Shown here piece after piece: positions 60,006 to 64,000 of a stretch of 64,000 bases of DNA. The position numbers and the translations under genes are program-made. Under the pieces are notes generated by a model. It did not search any database, was not told where the DNA came from, and saw nothing but the letters and a program-made list of their open reading frames with translations. The number at the start of each line of letters is the position of its first letter. The first letter of the stretch is position 1. The DNA is from Synechococcus sp. (GTDB lineage Bacteria; Cyanobacteriota; Cyanobacteriia; PCC-6307; Cyanobiaceae), in assembly GCA_047285805.1 (NCBI GenBank), contig JBJBCN010000002.1:1280001-1344000 (forward strand), read 5' to 3'.

Positions 60006-60043
60006 AAGGGGCCTTCCAGCCCCCATGGATCATTTGGTTGATA
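60006..60043. repeat. att-like direct repeat, right copy and junction with element 2
   Basis: AAGGGGCCTTCCAGCCCCCATGGATCATTTGGTTGATA. Confidence 0.8.
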
Positions 60044-60205
60044 GGCATGATCCACAGGATTACGGAAGGAGTGGCCGCAAGCGATTTCGCCGTAAAGCCA
60101 GTCAGAGACTAATCCCAAAGACAGTCCTTGACAGTCGTAGGCGGTCAGACAAAACTAATTTGTCGGAAATTTGTCGGAAATTTGCCCAGGCGGAACCTGT
60201 CCTCC

Positions 60206-61495
60206 ATGCCCCTGTGGGAGATGCGCCTGGTCTCCATTGCGGCCAAGTGGCCGGGATGGAGCATCACCAATGACAAGGGCTACGTCTGCGTTCGATACCG
60301 CGTAGCTGGGCAGCCAAGGCAACAAGTCAACCTGCCGAAGCTCCGGTACCGCGAAGAGGACGAAGTTGCGGCCATCACCATGGCCAGGCAGCTCTTCAAG
60401 GTTTGGGACAAGGCAGGAGGGGGGCTATCGCTGAAAGCAGCCTTAATTGAGGTCAAGGGCTCCTGCGATTCAGAGGGGTCGGCACAGGTCGTCACCTGGG
60501 GGCAGATCGTTGAGGCCATGCGCGAGGCAAAGGTCGAGAACGGCCGCAAGATCCAGCCCCAAACCTGGAAGACCAACTGGGCGCCGATCCTCAACCAAGC
60601 AGTGAGAGTTCTCAGCAGGAAGAACGCGCCGGCTGATGGCTACGAGTTGCTCAAGGCCGTTCAGAAGCATTGGAGCCACGCCCCCGCCACTCAGCGCGAG
60701 TGCGCCCGATACCTCAGTCGCTGGATGGAATTTGCAGAGCGGCGATACAAGGTCCCGCGGAGCTGGTTGATAACCGAGGCCGACAGGCAGGAGCTGGCGC
60801 CCCGAGCGCCCAAGCGAAGGAAGAAGGCCGTCCTGGAAGACGTTGAGATCTTGGAGTTCGTCGAACTGGTCGAGGCCCACAGCCCAGCCTGGTCGAACGT
60901 CTTCCGCCTGTGCGCGCAATACGGGTTACGACCGACTGAACTGCAGTACCTGTCAATCGTTAAGGACCCGATCACAGGCCAGCGGACGTTCTGGTGTTCG
61001 TACGAAAAAGACGCCGGCGGTGAGGCAAGTACAGAGCCTCGGTACCTGCGGGCCATGTACTTGCGGGACGCTGACGACAGGCCGGTGCAGTGGCCACTGA
61101 TCGATGCGTGGGAGGCAGGAACACTGGCTCTTCCTCAGGACAGGAACGGCGGGCTACGCAAGCTGAGCGGTTCTGCTGTGAATACCTACCTGGCGCGCCA
61201 GGGCAAAGACGGCGGCCCTGCCAGTGCGGTTCAACGATGGTGGAAGGCCAAGGTCGCCGAGTACGCATCAAAGCCCCAGCCCGAGTGGCTGAGGGCTTAT
61301 TCGTTTCGGGACAGCTACAGCGTCAGGTGCCATCGCGAGGGCCTTCCGCTGGATGTGATTGTCAATGCGATGGGCCATTCCCACCAGGTCCATCAGCAGA
61401 GCTACCGAACCGTCACGAACTCAATCGTGGCCCGGGCTTTCGAATCTTGTGCCACAGATTTGCGGCTCCCGTCTACACCAGATACGGAGGACTGA
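60206..61495 (+). CDS. tyrosine integrase of element 2
   Basis: YGLRPTEL, EWLRAYSFRDSYS, AMGHSHQVHQQSY. Confidence 0.9.
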   Translation: MPLWEMRLVSIAAKWPGWSITNDKGYVCVRYRVAGQPRQQVNLPKLRYREEDEVAAITMARQLFKVWDKAGGGLSLKAALIEVKGSCDSEGSAQVVTWGQIVEAMREAKVENGRKIQPQTWKTNWAPILNQAVRVLSRKNAPADGYELLKAVQKHWSHAPATQRECARYLSRWMEFAERRYKVPRSWLITEADRQELAPRAPKRRKKAVLEDVEILEFVELVEAHSPAWSNVFRLCAQYGLRPTELQYLSIVKDPITGQRTFWCSYEKDAGGEASTEPRYLRAMYLRDADDRPVQWPLIDAWEAGTLALPQDRNGGLRKLSGSAVNTYLARQGKDGGPASAVQRWWKAKVAEYASKPQPEWLRAYSFRDSYSVRCHREGLPLDVIVNAMGHSHQVHQQSYRTVTNSIVARAFESCATDLRLPSTPDTED

Positions 61496-61600
61496 CTGTC
61501 GAAAATGGCGTCAAACCGCCACAAATGGTGTACGTTGGCGATGAACTCGGAGCAGCCGTCGGCGCACGGACCGAGTCTTGATTAACCCAAGTCTTCAAGC

Positions 61601-61924
61601 GTGCCTGTCACCGAGGGGCAAATCCTCCAGATGGTGCGAAGCACTGAGAGGCAGCAACTTCCTAGCTGGCTCGAAGTTCGCCGCAGCAAGTTTCAACGCT
61701 TCGTGGTCAACATGACCCGTAGCGGTGCGGTGCCGATTAGCGACTGCAGCCGTATGACCGTCAAACTAGGCGGAGAGCTGCTGAGCCCTGAGCAACGCGG
61801 ACGGTTCTGGAAATTTGCCCAGAAGTGGCAAGACCATTTGCTGAAAGACGCGGGAGGCCAAAAGGAGGGTCGCAATGTCTATTGCGTCACCAACAACAGA
61901 GCCAGCCTTCGCGACAACAAGTGA
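61601..61924 (+). CDS. hypothetical basic protein
   Basis: 107-aa ORF between the integrase and the Xis-like gene. Confidence 0.5.
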   Translation: MPVTEGQILQMVRSTERQQLPSWLEVRRSKFQRFVVNMTRSGAVPISDCSRMTVKLGGELLSPEQRGRFWKFAQKWQDHLLKDAGGQKEGRNVYCVTNNRASLRDNK

Positions 61925-62144
61925 TGTCGCCGAAGCGGCCCAGCTTCACAAAGAGACGCTGCTCAAATTGCGGCGCTTAGGGCCCGAGGGCCCGTTCAAA
62001 CTTGGACGCGATTACGTCCACCTGGGTAGTGGCAACCGCCGACTCGGGTGGAACAAGAGCCAGGCGCTGAAAAGCCTCTGGAGTTTCAACCGGCAGAGCT
62101 GGAGAGAGGTGGAAACCTTCTCCGGTTCGCGGAACCCGCGCTGA
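61875..62144 (+). CDS. excisionase-like HTH DNA-binding protein
   Basis: VAEAAQLHKETLLKLRR..GPFKLGRDY..VETF. Confidence 0.7.
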   Translation: MSIASPTTEPAFATTSDVAEAAQLHKETLLKLRRLGPEGPFKLGRDYVHLGSGNRRLGWNKSQALKSLWSFNRQSWREVETFSGSRNPR

Positions 62145-62160
62145 GCAGAGGGCGACTCTG

Positions 62161-64000
62161 ATGCTCAATAAACAAGCGCGCCAACAATGGCGCGAGGACG
62201 TTCATCGTCTGAACGGGTTTCCACTCCTGCCTTGTGGCGGGGGTGCAAGTGGGAAGGCCCCACTAATCAAGAGCTGGCCAACAGCTAGCTGCAGCCCTGA
62301 AGAGGTGCTGGCGACACCCGGACTCCGCAGTGTCGGCATCCGCCTTGGGCCCGATGCCGGAGGGCTGGTCTGCATCGACTACGACGGCGCATCAGCCGTT
62401 GATTACGCCGCCGGCTTTGGCCATGACGCAAGGGAACTTACGTCCTGGGTCATTGGCCGCGACAGCGATGCGGATCGGTTCAAGGCCGTCTACCGCGTGG
62501 GCGAGAACGACTGGGGGGCACTCCCTGGGAAGACCGTCCACAGCACCGGTCCCGGCGAGCAAGTCGAGGTCTTCTTCAAAAGCGGACAGGTCATCGTCTT
62601 GGGCGAGCACGTCCCAAGTGGCGGCCATTACCGCTGGCTTCACGGAGGGCCTGAGTCAATCGAACCCCTCCCCCGTGAGTTGGCTGAAATGTGGTTTGCG
62701 GCCATCGCCAGCAGCCCTAGCTCAACCGCCCGCGGGGGGCGCGGCGAATGGCGGGATTGTGTGCCCTGCACGATTTGCGGCAGGACCGAACCCGACTGTC
62801 GAATCAGCGGCGACGGGCGAACGATTGCTTGCCACCGGGGCATCAGGTGGACCCCTCCATTCCTGAAGCCTGGGGAGACGATCAAACGAGGCGACACCTC
62901 CTGGGCCTACTGCGGCGAGACCCAGACAGCGGTGGGGGCAGCGGCGCTCTTCAAAATCGACGAAACGCAAGTGCCATTGCGAAAGAAGCCGATGGTCCCT
63001 CCAAGTGAGGGGCTTCGGCTGATGAGTCAGGAACTGCATGGTGTCCCACGCCTCAATGTGCGGACGCGCGCAATCCACGTCGAAGACCAGGTGTTCACCG
63101 CTGAACAAGCGGCAAACGTTTACCTCGGCCTGTCGCAACGGGGGCGGTACTGCTGGCCCAAGCAACTAGCCGTCGATTGCCTAACGGCATTGGCCTCCAA
63201 AAACGAGTTCGACCCCGTCCGGGACTATCTCGACTCGATCAGAGCGGAGCCGCTGCCAATGGAGCAGTGGGACCGTTTGGACAGGTTGCTCTTCGGAACC
63301 GACGACACCATCACCGCGGCATTCTTCAAGCGGTACTTGGTTAGCGCGGTTCAAAGGGTCTTCGAACCCGGGTGCCCGCAAAGGATCTTGCCCGTTTTGG
63401 TCGGGCCACAAGCCATCGGGAAAACCACCCTGGGCAGTGCACTATTCGGCGTTGAGTTCTACGGCGATGCCGTCAGCGGCAACGCAAAGCTCGACGTTGA
63501 TGACATCACCTCGATGGGTCTGACGTGGGCCACCGAGCTGGCCGAGCTAGACGGCCTTACTCGGAAGGCTCAAACGGCGTCGCTGAAAGCCTTCGTCTCT
63601 CGCACTCACGACCTCATCAGGAGGAAGTACCACCACGGTTCGGAGCGGGTGCCCCGGCGCAGTGTGTTGTTTGGCACTAGCAACCAGTGGCCGCTGAATG
63701 ACCCAACAGGGTCAACGCGGTTCTGCCTGATCTCGCTGGGCAAAAAACCACTCCCCTTCAACGAAGTCGCTCAGCTGCGCGACAACATTTGGGCGAGGGC
63801 TTTGGTCCAGTACCGCGACGGCTACCAGCCATTTCCAACCGCTCAAGAGGCCAAGGAAATTGCTGAACGCAATGCCTGTTACGACCCTGAGGATCCGCTT
63901 GAAGGCAAGCTCAGGCGCCTAGTCGAGCGAAAGGCGAGCGCGCCATACATCACGTTGGACGAAGTGCTCGATTTCATCGGCGCAGATCCAACAGGCTCGC
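62161..64000 (+). CDS. Prim-Pol + zinc finger + VirE/VapE helicase fusion (3' end outside window)
   Basis: Open frame from ATG 62161, absent from the ORF track: GKAP..W, VGIRLG..LVCIDYDG, CTICG..C..CH, FDPVRDYL, GPQAIGKTT, ELAEL, GTSN, DPTGSTRF. Confidence 0.9.
   Translation, partial: MLNKQARQQWREDVHRLNGFPLLPCGGGASGKAPLIKSWPTASCSPEEVLATPGLRSVGIRLGPDAGGLVCIDYDGASAVDYAAGFGHDARELTSWVIGRDSDADRFKAVYRVGENDWGALPGKTVHSTGPGEQVEVFFKSGQVIVLGEHVPSGGHYRWLHGGPESIEPLPRELAEMWFAAIASSPSSTARGGRGEWRDCVPCTICGRTEPDCRISGDGRTIACHRGIRWTPPFLKPGETIKRGDTSWAYCGETQTAVGAAALFKIDETQVPLRKKPMVPPSEGLRLMSQELHGVPRLNVRTRAIHVEDQVFTAEQAANVYLGLSQRGRYCWPKQLAVDCLTALASKNEFDPVRDYLDSIRAEPLPMEQWDRLDRLLFGTDDTITAAFFKRYLVSAVQRVFEPGCPQRILPVLVGPQAIGKTTLGSALFGVEFYGDAVSGNAKLDVDDITSMGLTWATELAELDGLTRKAQTASLKAFVSRTHDLIRRKYHHGSERVPRRSVLFGTSNQWPLNDPTGSTRFCLISLGKKPLPFNEVAQLRDNIWARALVQYRDGYQPFPTAQEAKEIAERNACYDPEDPLEGKLRRLVERKASAPYITLDEVLDFIGADPTGS

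Larger units (their letters stand above)
50471..60043. mobile_element. ~9.5-kb integrated satellite/PICI- or tycheposon-like element
   Basis: 38-bp flanking direct repeats (35/38 identical), paired TTATCCGGAGA-type sites inside both ends, integrase, Xis-like gene, RepA-like helicase, cargo genes. Confidence 0.8.
60006..64000. mobile_element. second tandem integrated element (incomplete in window)
   Basis: att repeat followed by integrase, Xis-like gene and Prim-Pol/VirE replicase. Confidence 0.78.

Overview
GC-rich picocyanobacterial chromosome; Synechococcus/Cyanobium-like is inferred from chlG, petP, a Som porin and a phycobilisome linker. 1-2.9 kb: edge of an AT-richer island with a tyrosine integrase inactivated by two nonsense codons. 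3-31.6 kb: mostly core genes (ubiE, hisF, petP, chlG, PBP1A, rsmB, trmH, lepA, nfuA, serS, mqo, rseP, rpsN, pnp, cysQ, rsmI), interrupted at 12.4-19.4 kb by a decaying regulator/pilin/PpiC-HlyB-HlyD type I secretion locus. After tRNA-Arg(UCU) at 31.6 kb: a variable region with small ORFs, repeated structured non-coding elements, tiny hydrophobic peptides, a membrane-tailed phycobilisome linker and a P/Fe-uptake cluster (Tat phosphoesterase, porin, piuC pseudogene, futA). From 49.4 kb: three tyrosine integrases around a shared 38-bp att-like repeat, defining a complete ~9.5 kb satellite-like element and a second element (Prim-Pol/VirE) that runs off the window. Most notable: (i) a ~350-nt multi-stem non-coding element in two diverged copies (34.7-35.1 kb minus, 54.1-54.4 kb plus) with a compensatory base change; (ii) a tandemly duplicated coiled-coil + HeH two-gene module with a divergent RHH regulator carried as element cargo; (iii) a three-hairpin repeat family, two copies of which lie next to LGWVLA-type micropeptide ORFs. 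All calls were read by eye; no database searches were run.
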